Notes: a model not told the origin generated them from the letters alone. DNA of 64,000 nucleotides from Bacteroidia bacterium (GCA_023262505.1 JALRAP010000005.1:56-64055); one strand, 5' to 3'. Counted from the first letter of the stretch, positions 47,125 through 57,563 are shown. Numbers and translations are program-made.

Positions 47125-47787
47125 TCAGTTGCCTCCACCGTACATTTTCTGCAACTCTTCTTGAGTCACGAATTTGTATCCAGCAGGAACCTTGAACTGG
47201 TCATCAGAAACTTTTTCAGCGGTAACAGAACGTGCAGTAAAGGTCATTTTGAAGCCCATTTGATCAACAGTGTACTCCAAAGGATAACCGCCCAGGTCTT
47301 GTGCGCCAATCACTTCCGGCATCCCACCATTTATTTTATCGGTGTGATAAACATTCATGGTTGAACCGTCCTTCATTTTGATTACAGCTTTCTTGCAAAG
47401 ATATCCTGCGATGGTTTTGGTCTCTGTGGATTGTTCAACGACTGGCTTACCACCCTTTGCTCCTTCCTTTTGGGAATCCATGGTCATGTAGGTTTTATTA
47501 CCCATGAAATCCGTCAGCGCAGTTATCTGACCTGTTTTCGAATCATAAATGGAAGCGCTGCTCATCCCCATCGCCATGCTGATTTCCGTACGGGATTTTC
47601 CGTTTTTAATGAACACGGTAGACTCGGAAGGCATCATGGCTTTCATCTGGGGATCCATATCGCCATCGGTCATGGCAATATCAAATACGATTTTCCCTTC
47701 AGACAAACTCTTCTGGGCAGAAACCGAAACAGGAATAGTCAATAGCAGGAATAAGGCAAGAAATGAAAGGTTGTTTTTCATGGTCAT
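47125..47787 (-). CDS. DUF4412/GLPGLI-like secreted protein (paralog 2)
   Basis: EGKIVFDI, TIAGYLCKKA, GYPLEY and FKVPAGY motifs. Confidence 0.72.
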   Translation of the reverse strand: MTMKNNLSFLALFLLLTIPVSVSAQKSLSEGKIVFDIAMTDGDMDPQMKAMMPSESTVFIKNGKSRTEISMAMGMSSASIYDSKTGQITALTDFMGNKTYMTMDSQKEGAKGGKPVVEQSTETKTIAGYLCKKAVIKMKDGSTMNVYHTDKINGGMPEVIGAQDLGGYPLEYTVDQMGFKMTFTARSVTAEKVSDDQFKVPAGYKFVTQEELQKMYGGGN

Positions 47788-48449
47788 GAATTGGGTTGGG
47801 ATTTATTTTTCGTTTTTTTGATTTCGTAGTCTTTGGGGATGGTAAACAATTCCGGATCTGGCTTATCTGCTGACACCTCCTTGGCTTTCAATTTCAGACG
47901 GAAGTCTCGCATCTCGATTTCATATTCCATCATAAGTCCGTCTATCTGTGAAAACATCGCACCCATATCTGGTGCCCGTACGTCCAACTCATCCGTAAAA
48001 AAGACACGGAAAACAGCACCGGAGTCCCCTTTTATTACCGCCTCTTGGCACATGATGCCGGCGATTTCCTTTTTGTTACCCGTATAATCAATCTCCAAGT
48101 TCTTCTTCTTAGCCTTGCCCATTACGGAGTCCGAATCCATGACCATGGCAACTTTCTTGCCCATCATGGATGTAAGGCTAGCGAATAGTTTCTTGTCGGG
48201 ATCCAACAATAGACGGTTTTCGAAAAAACCACCTGCACCTTCCATAACCGTGCATGACCTGCCATCAGAGAACCAAGTTACCGCCTCAGAGGGCATCATG
48301 GCCGACATCATGGCGGGCATTCCTTCGGCATCCATCTCCAATTCATAAACCACCTTGCCTTCCGACATTCCGTAGTAGGGACTACGCTCGCATCCCATCC
48401 ACATAAGTGTTACCAATAGAATGAGCAAAGGGGAATGGTTTCTTTTCAT
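47784..48449 (-). CDS. DUF4412/GLPGLI-like lipoprotein (paralog 1)
   Basis: Lipobox WMGC; EGKVVYEL, EIAGIMCQEA, GLMMEY and FTIPKDY motifs. Confidence 0.7.
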   Translation of the reverse strand: MKRNHSPLLILLVTLMWMGCERSPYYGMSEGKVVYELEMDAEGMPAMMSAMMPSEAVTWFSDGRSCTVMEGAGGFFENRLLLDPDKKLFASLTSMMGKKVAMVMDSDSVMGKAKKKNLEIDYTGNKKEIAGIMCQEAVIKGDSGAVFRVFFTDELDVRAPDMGAMFSQIDGLMMEYEIEMRDFRLKLKAKEVSADKPDPELFTIPKDYEIKKTKNKSQPNS

Positions 48450-48486
48450 TTAAATTTATAGATGGGTTAATACAAAGATAGGGTTT

Positions 48487-49131
48487 TCAATGACCGAGGA
48501 TGCACCTCGACCAGATACCAGCCAAAACCGTACCAGGTATTTCGTGGCTACCCTCAAAAATCTGCCGATCGACTTCATAACCCTTGTTTTCCAGCGCAAT
48601 ACAGTGTTCCTCGAATAACGGCAACGGTATAAATGGGTCTTGGTTACCCACTACACAAATGACCCTCCCAATGCCATTGATACCACCATCGACATCAGGA
48701 GCAAAATCACCACCCCAAAGCACCAGTCCTGAGAAACACCGGCTGTTACCTGCCATCCATCGGGTGGCGGTGGCCGTTCCTTGGGAAAAGCCTAAAACGA
48801 AAACCTTGCCTTCTGAATTTTGAGCCACCAAATCGTAAAGTGAATCCAAGTAATAACGCTGGTCTGCTATCTCGGATATGCGATCCTCCCGCGTCATCCA
48901 GGATGCAATCACCTCGCCGTCAAATCCCCGGCGGTAAAACCTAGAAAGACCCTCCGGGGCTACTATCCGTAAAGATGGCGAGGCCAATGGCTCAAAATCC
49001 AGGATGAATTTTCCGGCATGCATGCCATAGCCGTGCAGCACAATCAGCGTGTCATGTTGCGGCGCATCCCCGCCAAGGGAAAAATAGCGGGCTGTGCGTT
49101 GTACAACCAGATTGTGGGAAATGGGTTCCAT
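48487..49131 (-). CDS. Alpha/beta hydrolase (phospholipase/carboxylesterase)
   Basis: LHGYG, GFSQG nucleophile, GNQD and GSH. Start at 49131 or 49149. Confidence 0.85.
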   Translation of the reverse strand: MEPISHNLVVQRTARYFSLGGDAPQHDTLIVLHGYGMHAGKFILDFEPLASPSLRIVAPEGLSRFYRRGFDGEVIASWMTREDRISEIADQRYYLDSLYDLVAQNSEGKVFVLGFSQGTATATRWMAGNSRCFSGLVLWGGDFAPDVDGGINGIGRVICVVGNQDPFIPLPLFEEHCIALENKGYEVDRQIFEGSHEIPGTVLAGIWSRCILGH

Positions 49132-49191
49132 GACCGCCAAATTAGCCATAACATCCGTGTTGTTTATCTTTACGGAAGCAAAACAAGACGT

Positions 49192-51366
49192 ATGAAAAAC
49201 CCAAAAGCTATACAGCTACTCCTGTTCGTTCAGCTACTTTCCATCAACCTACTTCATGCACAACAACCTAGGTTGGCTTTGGAAGACATCTGGGGCAGCC
49301 GCAAGTTTGTTGCCTTCGGACTGATGGATGTGCGTTCGATGAAAGACGGCTTACACTATTCGGAATTGATTGCCGATGAAAAAGGACAATACATTGTCAG
49401 CGTATCCTACGCCAGCGGCAAAACCATTGATACGCTCTTCAAATCTAACACCACTAATTTGAAAGAAGAAGTTGAAGGTTATGAATTCAGCGATGATGAG
49501 AATTTGATTGTGTTATCCACAGAAAGCGAAGCCATTTACAGACACTCTACCAAAGCAAACCATCACATTTACAACCGTAAAACCGGCTCATTGGTTCCAG
49601 TTTCCGAAAAAGGAAAACAACAATATGCTACATTGGATGCTTCAGGCCGAAATGTGGCTTTCGTACGCGACAACAACTTGTACTTGAAAAGCCTGACCAA
49701 CGGTACCGAAAAGCCGGTTACTACTGATGGCAGTCGAAACAACATCATCAACGGCGCCACCGATTGGGTTTACGAAGAGGAGTTCTCATTCGACCAAGGC
49801 TATCAGTGGTCGCCAAACGGCCGATACCTGGCCTATTATCGATTTGATGAGAGCGAGGTGCGACAATTCAACCTCACCTACTACACATCAGGCAGCTATC
49901 CGAAAGAGGAGCTGTACAAATACCCCAAAGCTGGCGAGGCCAACTCTAAAGTTGAGATCCGCATTTATGATTTGGAAAGCGGGAAAACCGTAACTGCAGA
50001 TGTAAACAAAGAAGCCGACCAGTATATTCCACGCATCAAATGGACTACGGTGGATTCGAAGCTTTGTGTGATGCGCATGAATCGATTACAGAATTTGTTG
50101 GAACTGTATGAAGTAAACGCATCCAGTGGCGTTTCCAAAGTGTTTTTCAAAGAGGAAAACCGTGCATACATCGAAGTGAACGACCACCTTGCTTTTTTGT
50201 CAAACGGACAGGGATTCCTATGGTTATCCACTCGAGATGGATTCAATCACTTGTTCCGTTTTGATATGAACGGCAACATGCAGAAACAGCTGACAAAAGG
50301 CAACTGGGATGTAACCGACTTTTACGGTTATGATGCTGCCAAAGGCGACCTATACTTTCAAGCGGCCGTAAAAAGCCCTATGGAGAAAGGCGTTTTCAAA
50401 GTAGACAAAGCCGGTAAGATGACCCCAGTGAGTACGGAAAAAGGCACTTGTTCGGCGATGTTCAGTGAAGGATTCAAATTCCGTTTCATCACAAGTTCAA
50501 CGGCAAACAGTGTACCGGTTGTGAAATTGTACGATGCCAAGGGCAAACTCATCCGCATTGAAAAAGACAACAAGGAAGTGGCTGATGCCTTAGCCAAAGC
50601 GAAGCTATCCCCTACCGAATTTTTCCAGTTCACCACATCTGAAAACATTCAACTTAATGGTTGGATGATAAAACCACCCGACTTCGACGCAAATAAAAAG
50701 TACCCGGTGATTCAGTACATGTACGGCGGACCTGGAAGCCAAACGGTGAAAGATGAATGGTTGGGATTAAATTGGATTTGGTTTCAACTGTTGGCTCAAA
50801 AGGGTTACATCGTTGTATCCGTAGATAACCGTGGAACAGGAGCAAGAGGCGAAGCCTTCAACAAGTGTATCTATAAGCAACTCGGGCATTTGGAAACCAT
50901 CGACCAGATGGAAGTCGCCAAATGGCTCGGCAAACAGAGCTATGTGGATGCCACACGCATTGGAGCCTGGGGATGGAGCTATGGCGGATATATGACGTCA
51001 CTTCTTATCACGAAGGGAGCCGACCTGTTCAAGACCTGTATTGCTGTGGCTCCTGTGACCAACTGGAAGTATTACGACAGCATTTACACCGAGCGCTACC
51101 TACAGACACCTCAACAAAACCCTGACGGATATGAGAAAAACTCTCCTGTAAACTTCGCAGACAAGCTAAAAGGAAACTACCTCATCATCCATGGTACTAC
51201 TGATGATAACGTACACATGCAAAACGCCATGGAAATGGTGGATGCCCTCGTGAAAAACAAAAAACAGTTCGATTCGTTTTTCTATCCCAACAAAGCGCAT
51301 GGAATTTCGGGAGTAAGGTTGCACCTCTACAAAATGATGACCGACTACTATTTGGAAAACCTGTAA
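49192..51366 (+). CDS. Dipeptidyl peptidase IV (S9B)
   Basis: DWVYEEE, YPKAG, GWSYGG, HGTTDDNVH and AHGI motifs. Confidence 0.94.
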   Translation: MKNPKAIQLLLFVQLLSINLLHAQQPRLALEDIWGSRKFVAFGLMDVRSMKDGLHYSELIADEKGQYIVSVSYASGKTIDTLFKSNTTNLKEEVEGYEFSDDENLIVLSTESEAIYRHSTKANHHIYNRKTGSLVPVSEKGKQQYATLDASGRNVAFVRDNNLYLKSLTNGTEKPVTTDGSRNNIINGATDWVYEEEFSFDQGYQWSPNGRYLAYYRFDESEVRQFNLTYYTSGSYPKEELYKYPKAGEANSKVEIRIYDLESGKTVTADVNKEADQYIPRIKWTTVDSKLCVMRMNRLQNLLELYEVNASSGVSKVFFKEENRAYIEVNDHLAFLSNGQGFLWLSTRDGFNHLFRFDMNGNMQKQLTKGNWDVTDFYGYDAAKGDLYFQAAVKSPMEKGVFKVDKAGKMTPVSTEKGTCSAMFSEGFKFRFITSSTANSVPVVKLYDAKGKLIRIEKDNKEVADALAKAKLSPTEFFQFTTSENIQLNGWMIKPPDFDANKKYPVIQYMYGGPGSQTVKDEWLGLNWIWFQLLAQKGYIVVSVDNRGTGARGEAFNKCIYKQLGHLETIDQMEVAKWLGKQSYVDATRIGAWGWSYGGYMTSLLITKGADLFKTCIAVAPVTNWKYYDSIYTERYLQTPQQNPDGYEKNSPVNFADKLKGNYLIIHGTTDDNVHMQNAMEMVDALVKNKKQFDSFFYPNKAHGISGVRLHLYKMMTDYYLENL

Positions 51367-51392
51367 TTCGGGCCGCAAACAACCTACAACAC

Positions 51393-51713
51393 ATGATCAA
51401 TTGGCAACACATATCCGGAGTAAGTGAACTGGAGCAACTTTTCACTATTAGAGAACCCGTAGTCCTTTTCAAGCACTCCGAGCGTTGCAGTGTTAGCCGT
51501 ATGGCTAAACGCGGATTCGAGTCGGATTACGATGGCACAACCCCCGTGTACCTCGTAAATGTAATCGAGGAGCGACCCATCAGCAATCAAATCGCACAAA
51601 TCACACATATAACCCACCAGTCGCCGCAGGTACTTGTTATAAAAAGCGGCCAATGCGTTTACCATGCATCACATGATCACATAAATGCCGAGGATGTAAA
51701 AAAACACTTGTAA
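51393..51713 (+). CDS. ytxJ: Bacillithiol system redox-active protein YtxJ (monothiol bacilliredoxin)
   Basis: FKHSERCSVS, HQSPQ and HASH motifs. Confidence 0.9.
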   Translation: MINWQHISGVSELEQLFTIREPVVLFKHSERCSVSRMAKRGFESDYDGTTPVYLVNVIEERPISNQIAQITHITHQSPQVLVIKSGQCVYHASHDHINAEDVKKHL

Positions 51714-51718
51714 TTCCA

Positions 51719-52513
51719 ATGGGATTTCGGTTTCAAAAAAGAATCAACCTCGGCGATGGTGTCGGGATCAATGTAAGTAAGTCAGGATTATCAACCAGCG
51801 TTCGTACCAAATACGGATCATTTGGTTCGCGTGGCTTCACGCTGAGGACCGGCATACCCGGATTAAGTTGGAGAAGCGGGTTCGGAGGCAAAAACGGCGG
51901 GACCACGATGCTGATCATACTGCTGGTTCTAGGGGCCTTCATTATTGCTTATAACCTGTTACGTTTCGCCATTTTTTTAATTGGTTGGATTTGGACTTCC
52001 ATCTTCACTGAGGAAGGTGTGAACTACAAGTTCCTGACTGGTTTTTTAGTGGTTCTTTCAGGGATGACCGCAGCATTGTACTTCTACACACCAACATCAG
52101 TTTCAGCACCGCCTCCCCCACCTCCAATTGTAGAATCCTTGCCGATTGTAACTGATACCTTGGCAACAGAGCCAAAACCGATCAAGCCTAAACGTAAAAA
52201 GCGAGAGAAAGCGAAAAAAGATACAACGGCATCGAGTGCAGAATTGAAAATTCAGGAATATCCGGAAGAAATGGAAAATCGCGAAGCTGATGCCAAACCC
52301 GACACTAATGCTAGATCAGGGGCCAATCAGGATATGGAGGCCATTGACACCAATAAAACCATTGTTACCAGTCAAGATCTACAAGCACCGGCAGTGAGTG
52401 CTGAAGAACCGGAAAATGGTGGAAAAAAGGCCAAATGGTATCAATTCAGGAAACGAAGAGCTGAGAAAAAACAAGAACAGCAGGATTCGGCTACAGAGAA
52501 CACTGCTCCATAG
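51719..52513 (+). CDS. DUF4236 domain membrane protein
   Basis: MGFRFQKRI...INVSKSG...GIPGLSW, then transmembrane helices and a Pro-rich, charged tail. Confidence 0.8.
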   Translation: MGFRFQKRINLGDGVGINVSKSGLSTSVRTKYGSFGSRGFTLRTGIPGLSWRSGFGGKNGGTTMLIILLVLGAFIIAYNLLRFAIFLIGWIWTSIFTEEGVNYKFLTGFLVVLSGMTAALYFYTPTSVSAPPPPPPIVESLPIVTDTLATEPKPIKPKRKKREKAKKDTTASSAELKIQEYPEEMENREADAKPDTNARSGANQDMEAIDTNKTIVTSQDLQAPAVSAEEPENGGKKAKWYQFRKRRAEKKQEQQDSATENTAP

Positions 52514-52515
52514 TT

Positions 52516-53205
52516 TTACTCTTTTTTATTTGCCTCAGATTCCCTTTTTGATGCACCGAAAAACCAAGAGGCCACATATCCCGCCATTGTACTAACAAGC
52601 ACCACACCTACGCTCATTATTATGGCACCGATTATTCGCCCCTCGGCAGTAACCGGGTATTTGTCGCCATATCCTACGGTCATGATGGTCACATACGACC
52701 ACCACAATGCATCACCTGCCGTTTTAATATTGGAATCAGGTGCGTTCTCTACTTGGAGTATGCACAATGAGCCTAGCATCACCACCAATAAGGCTATTAT
52801 GGCCACAGAGTACAAAGTGCCTTGGGCCTTGTTCCTGAAATAGTGCTGAATGAAGCTGTTTGCTCCCATGAAGGCACGTACAATCCGTATGAAACGTATG
52901 ATTCGTAGAACACGGGCAAAACGAAGAGATTCAACCATTGGAATACTCGAAAGCAGATCAAGCCAACCCCACTTGAGATAAGCCAACCGATCTGATGAAG
53001 TGTATAAGCGGTAAATGAATTCAAAGAAAAAGAAAGCACAAATGATGTTATCAGTTAAGCTGATTAACTTTGAAATTCGCGGATCCAAATCGAAAAGCAT
53101 ATCGAAAAGAATCGCCACAACCACATACAACGACAATGCTGTTATGGCAAGATTCAACCAAGTGAGTTCGTTATGCTTGGATGTTTTTAGCTTTTCAAAT
53201 ACCAT
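52516..53205 (-). CDS. Voltage-gated-type potassium channel
   Basis: S4-like LRFARVLRIIRFIR; selectivity filter TVGYGD. Confidence 0.9.
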   Translation of the reverse strand: MVFEKLKTSKHNELTWLNLAITALSLYVVVAILFDMLFDLDPRISKLISLTDNIICAFFFFEFIYRLYTSSDRLAYLKWGWLDLLSSIPMVESLRFARVLRIIRFIRIVRAFMGANSFIQHYFRNKAQGTLYSVAIIALLVVMLGSLCILQVENAPDSNIKTAGDALWWSYVTIMTVGYGDKYPVTAEGRIIGAIIMSVGVVLVSTMAGYVASWFFGASKRESEANKKE

Positions 53206-53232
53206 GGCTTATGGATTGATTAATAAAAAATA

Positions 53233-54816
53233 TCACATCACCACCGTATGGCAAGGCTCGATGGGAGATGCGTGCGGCAACAGCTCATCTATAAGCTTGC
53301 CTGAAAAATCGGCATTCAACCCAGGAAAACCTTCGATTCGCTCTTGAGGGACGCCAGATGGCGCAATCCTGGATTTGAGTTTTGTTATCTGCGCGAGCAT
53401 CTGTTCGTTTTTACGCTTTACGGCGCGATGCGCTTTTTCTTCCAAATTCGAAATCGCTTTCATTGCTTTGGCCTTTTCAGCCTCCACCGATGGAACCAAT
53501 GTTGCATCAACTTTGGAAAGCTGTTGCTTCAGCATATCAAAGGCATCGCTAGTCTGTTTATATGCTCCTGATAAATCAGGTGCGGTCTCCCCAATCCGCT
53601 CCAGCGCTTTCACCAACAAAGTGTCCTGCGATTGAAAAAGATCTGTAACAGCAAATCCGAGTTTTTCCATCCTTGAAACATCCGCATCATTCAGCAAGAT
53701 AAAGCTAGAACGCATCAACACCATTGGATAATAAACATCAAAAGCGTCGAATACACCTTTCAACTGCAGCCAATAATTCAATTCACCTGGGCCACCGATA
53801 TATGCGAGATTCGGCAAGGTGGTTTCCTGGTAGACTGGTCGAAGCACCACGTTGGGACTAAAACATTCGGGATGAAGATTCAACTCTTTTTCCAATTGAG
53901 CTTGGTTAAAAACCATCGACGTGTTCAACACGTTCCAATCACCATTTTCTGAACGGTCAATGCGCTCACGCAGTCCGTCCTGCATGTAGAAAAGATTGAT
54001 GTTGCGTGGTGTGACTTGCAATTTACCGACGGCTTGAAACCGGGTATTGGTTTCGCTCATCGCGTTGAACGATGTTTGTCGGGTCAACTCCTGTAGCATC
54101 ATGGGGGCGAACTCCCTTTTCAAGACAGAGTCATCACCATCCAAAACCACCAATCCGAACTTGCCGAACAAAGTATTGAATATCTCACGGGTGGCATCGG
54201 CAAGATTGTGATGACGACTGTATGCATTCTTGAAAACAGCGCTAATGGATTGGTGTTGCTCTCCGAGCAACTCCTGTAAGCGGTTGGACAAATCATCTAA
54301 ACCAGCAGTTGATAAGCGTCCTGATGGGCCAGCGCCTGCTTGTTCCCATTTTAACTCGTTACCATACACCCTGAAGTGATCTATTTCGGCGATGTCATGG
54401 TCTTCGGATGCCATCCAGAACACTGGAACGAAATGGCACTCAGGATGCGCATCACGCAATTGTTGAGCGAGCCTGATGGTGGAAAGCACTTTGTAAACAC
54501 AATACAATGGACCTGTGAAAATATTCAGCTGGTGACCGGTTGTAACGGTAAAAGTGTCTTCCGACAATAACGAAGCGATAGACATTTTAGCCTCTTGAGC
54601 AGTCTCTATCAATCGCCCGTATTGATGCATAAGCGCATCGTGAAGCACTTGCCTGTTGATTTTGGTTTTGCGCCTTTCGGCGATGGCTTCTGCGAAGGAA
54701 TGCAACTCCGGCTTAAACCTGTAAAAAGGTCTTAAGGATTCATCTCCCGACAGGTACTTAGTCAATAAGGCAGGGAACAAACCTGTTTCGGAAAAAGGTA
54801 CCCGTGCGGTTTTCAT
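53233..54816 (-). CDS. bshC: Bacillithiol biosynthesis cysteine-adding enzyme BshC
   Basis: TTGHQ, FWMASEDHD, FSPNVVLRP, YIGGPGE and QER motifs. Confidence 0.93.
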   Translation of the reverse strand: MKTARVPFSETGLFPALLTKYLSGDESLRPFYRFKPELHSFAEAIAERRKTKINRQVLHDALMHQYGRLIETAQEAKMSIASLLSEDTFTVTTGHQLNIFTGPLYCVYKVLSTIRLAQQLRDAHPECHFVPVFWMASEDHDIAEIDHFRVYGNELKWEQAGAGPSGRLSTAGLDDLSNRLQELLGEQHQSISAVFKNAYSRHHNLADATREIFNTLFGKFGLVVLDGDDSVLKREFAPMMLQELTRQTSFNAMSETNTRFQAVGKLQVTPRNINLFYMQDGLRERIDRSENGDWNVLNTSMVFNQAQLEKELNLHPECFSPNVVLRPVYQETTLPNLAYIGGPGELNYWLQLKGVFDAFDVYYPMVLMRSSFILLNDADVSRMEKLGFAVTDLFQSQDTLLVKALERIGETAPDLSGAYKQTSDAFDMLKQQLSKVDATLVPSVEAEKAKAMKAISNLEEKAHRAVKRKNEQMLAQITKLKSRIAPSGVPQERIEGFPGLNADFSGKLIDELLPHASPIEPCHTVVM

Positions 54817-54833
54817 TTTGGAAAGATAGGAAT

Positions 54834-56144
54834 TCAGACCGGAATGCCGAACAAGTCGAATTCTCCTGCATCTGTGATGCGTACTTGAACAAAGTTACCC
54901 TGGCGCAGGTAAAGGTCTTTGGCTTCGATGAGCACTTCGTTATCCACTTCAGGAGAATCGAATTCGGTACGACCCACATAGTAGTTGCCTTCCTTGCGGT
55001 CAATCAAAACCTTGAACTCTTGACCGATCTTCTGCTGATTGATGTCGGAGGATATACGCTGTTGCACCGCCATGATTTCATCAACGCGGTCCTGTTTCGT
55101 CTCGGCAGGCACATCATCAACCAATCCATAGGCGTGGGTATTTTCCTCGTGTGAATAGGTGAAAACCCCTAGTCGATCGAAGCGATTACGACGAACAAAG
55201 TCCACTAATGTTTGGTGATCCTCTTCAGTTTCTCCAGGGTATCCTGAAATCAGGGTGGTTCGAATGGCAATGCCGGGTACGCTTTCGCGGATGGATGCGA
55301 TGAGTTCTTCCGTTTTGGCCAGCGTAGTTCCGCGTCGCATAGACTTCAAGACATTGTCGGCGGCGTGCTGCAAGGGAATGTCGATGTACTTGCAAATGTT
55401 CGGTGTATCGCGCATCACATCCAATACATCCATCGGGAAGCCTGTTGGAAATGCGTAATGCAACTTGATCCACTCGATTCCTTCCACTTTGGAAAGTCGA
55501 GCCAACAACTCTGCAAGTCTACGTTCTTTGTAAAGGTCGAGACCGTAATAGGTGGAGTCTTGTGCGATGATGAGCAGCTCCTTGGTTCCTTTGGCAGCCA
55601 ATGCACGCGCCTCCTCCTCCAGCTGCTCCATGGGTTTGGAAACGTGATTGCCACGCATCAGCGGGATGGCACAGAAAGAACAAGGACGGTCGCAGCCCTC
55701 GGATATTTTCAAGTATGCGAAATGCCTCGGCGTGGTCAGCATCCGCTCACCTACCAACTCATGTTTGAAATCCGCGCCAAGCGTATTTAAAAGCAAGGGC
55801 AAATCGCGTGTGCCAAAGAAGTGATCAACGTCGGCAATCTCTTTTTCCAAATCGGGTTTGTAACGTTCCGACAGGCATCCGGTCACGATCAGCTTGTGGA
55901 TCTTGCCTTGTTCACGCTCTTTGGCGAAATGCAGAATGGTATCGATGGATTCCTGCTTGGCATTATCGATAAAGCCGCAGGTATTGATGATTACTATGTC
56001 ATCCGTTTGGGCATCCGCTTCATGCGCCACCTCGAAATCGTTGGCTTGCAACTGACCCATCATCACTTCCGAATCAACCACGTTCTTGGAGCAACCCAAG
56101 GTCACCACATTGATGCGATTGGTACGAGTGGATTTAGTCCTCAT
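54834..56144 (-). CDS. rimO: Ribosomal protein S12 methylthiotransferase
   Basis: LGCSKNVVDSE, NTCGFI, CDRPCSFC and a TRAM domain. Confidence 0.95.
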   Translation of the reverse strand: MRTKSTRTNRINVVTLGCSKNVVDSEVMMGQLQANDFEVAHEADAQTDDIVIINTCGFIDNAKQESIDTILHFAKEREQGKIHKLIVTGCLSERYKPDLEKEIADVDHFFGTRDLPLLLNTLGADFKHELVGERMLTTPRHFAYLKISEGCDRPCSFCAIPLMRGNHVSKPMEQLEEEARALAAKGTKELLIIAQDSTYYGLDLYKERRLAELLARLSKVEGIEWIKLHYAFPTGFPMDVLDVMRDTPNICKYIDIPLQHAADNVLKSMRRGTTLAKTEELIASIRESVPGIAIRTTLISGYPGETEEDHQTLVDFVRRNRFDRLGVFTYSHEENTHAYGLVDDVPAETKQDRVDEIMAVQQRISSDINQQKIGQEFKVLIDRKEGNYYVGRTEFDSPEVDNEVLIEAKDLYLRQGNFVQVRITDAGEFDLFGIPV

Positions 56145-56158
56145 GACTTACGATTGAA

Positions 56159-57124
56159 TCAGCTGATGGAACTGTTGCCGAAAAGGGAGTCGATGAATGC
56201 AGCCCTGTCAAATGTCTTGAGATCCTCAGGCTTCTCACCCAATCCGATATAGCGCACCGGAATCCTGAATTGGTCGGAAATGCCGATAACCACGCCACCT
56301 TTCGCTGTGCCATCAAGTTTGGTCAATGCCAAAGCATTCACTTCGGTGGCGGCAGTAAATTGTTTGGCTTGTTCTATTGCGTTTTGACCAGTGGATGCAT
56401 CCAACACAAGCAACACTTCATGTGGCGCTTCGGGAACAACCTTTTGCATCACGCGCTTGATTTTGGAAAGCTCGTTCATCAGGTTCACCTTGTTGTGCAA
56501 GCGTCCTGCCGTATCTATGATGCAAACATCCGCTTGTTGCGCTACGGCTGCCTGCACGGTGTCGAAGGCTACCGAGGCAGGATCAGCGCCCATGCCTTGC
56601 GATACGATTGTGCAATCGGCGCGCTTGGACCATATGGTCAGCTGGTCGACGGCTGCAGCGCGGAAAGTATCTGCTGCTCCCAGGATAACCTTCTTGCCTT
56701 CGCTTTTCAAACGGTAGGCAAGTTTCCCTATGGTCGTGGTTTTACCAACGCCATTCACACCTACCACCATGATCACGTAAGGCTTGGCGGCTACGCCATT
56801 GCTATCGGATGGAACAATTTTCTTATCGTTTTCGGTGAGCAGTCCGATGATTTCTTCGCGCAAAAGTCTGTTCAACTCGGATGTGCTGATGAACTTGTCG
56901 CGGGCCACACGTTGCTGTAACCGATCGATGATTTTCAAGGTAGTGGGAACACCTACATCAGAGGACAAGAGGATTTCCTCAATGTTATCGAGCACCTCAT
57001 CATCAACCGTTGATTTGCCGATGACGGCCTTGGTGAGTCGCGAAAAAACGCTCTCACGTGTTTTGGTCAACCCCTCATCGAGGTCCTCCTTTTTGGATTT
57101 TTTGAAAAAATCGAATAATCCCAT
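56159..57124 (-). CDS. ftsY: SRP receptor FtsY
   Basis: GVNGVGKTTT, DTFRAAA, DTAGR and TKLDGTAKGG motifs. Confidence 0.96.
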   Translation of the reverse strand: MGLFDFFKKSKKEDLDEGLTKTRESVFSRLTKAVIGKSTVDDEVLDNIEEILLSSDVGVPTTLKIIDRLQQRVARDKFISTSELNRLLREEIIGLLTENDKKIVPSDSNGVAAKPYVIMVVGVNGVGKTTTIGKLAYRLKSEGKKVILGAADTFRAAAVDQLTIWSKRADCTIVSQGMGADPASVAFDTVQAAVAQQADVCIIDTAGRLHNKVNLMNELSKIKRVMQKVVPEAPHEVLLVLDASTGQNAIEQAKQFTAATEVNALALTKLDGTAKGGVVIGISDQFRIPVRYIGLGEKPEDLKTFDRAAFIDSLFGNSSIS

Positions 57125-57149
57125 TTTCGTGTTGCTGGTTTTCGGAAAT

Positions 57150-57185
57150 AAAAAAAGCTTCCTTCACAAAGAAAGAAGCCTTTTT
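57150..57185 (-). terminator. Probable terminator between DUF4295 and ftsY
   Basis: Imperfect GCTTC...GAAGC hairpin flanked by A and T runs. Confidence 0.45.
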
Positions 57186-57201
57186 GTCCGATTGCCGGAT
57201 A

Positions 57202-57357
57202 TTACTTCTCTTTCAGGAAATCCTTGATGTGGTCGTTGTGTACGACTTCTTCTTTGAAGGTGTAACCACCTGTTACAGGCGACTTCACCATTTTGATAAC
57301 CTTCGAGAATTCTTTTCCCTTACCGGTTTTGAGCGTTGCTACAACTTTCTTTGCCAT
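57202..57357 (-). CDS. DUF4295 small protein
   Basis: Manual translation: MAKKVVATLKTGKGKEFSKVIKMVKSPVTGGYTFKEEVVHNDHIKDFLKEK (51 aa). Usual position after rpmG. Not in the ORF track. Confidence 0.9.
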   Translation of the reverse strand: MAKKVVATLKTGKGKEFSKVIKMVKSPVTGGYTFKEEVVHNDHIKDFLKEK

Positions 57358-57380
57358 GGGTTATGGTTGTTGATGTTGGT

Positions 57381-57563
57381 TTACTTGATTTCTTTGTGAA
57401 CAGTTACCTTCTTGAGGATTCGGTTATACTTCTTGAGTTCCAAACGCTCGGTAGTGTTTTTCTTGTTCTTGGTGGTGATGTAACGGGAGGTGCCAGGCAT
57501 ACCGCTGTTCTTGTGCTCGGTGCACTCCATTATTACTTGTACCCTGTTGCCTTTCTTAGCCAT
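57381..57563 (-). CDS. rpmG: 50S ribosomal protein L33
   Basis: [17 protein letters not shown]...[10 protein letters not shown]...HKEIK. Confidence 0.97.
   Translation of the reverse strand: MAKKGNRVQVIMECTEHKNSGMPGTSRYITTKNKKNTTERLELKKYNRILKKVTVHKEIK

Noticed and set aside
56270-57227. Long antisense ORFs over ftsY (also over cinA, rimO, USP and AsmA)
   Set aside because: They are shadows of well-supported genes on the opposite strand.
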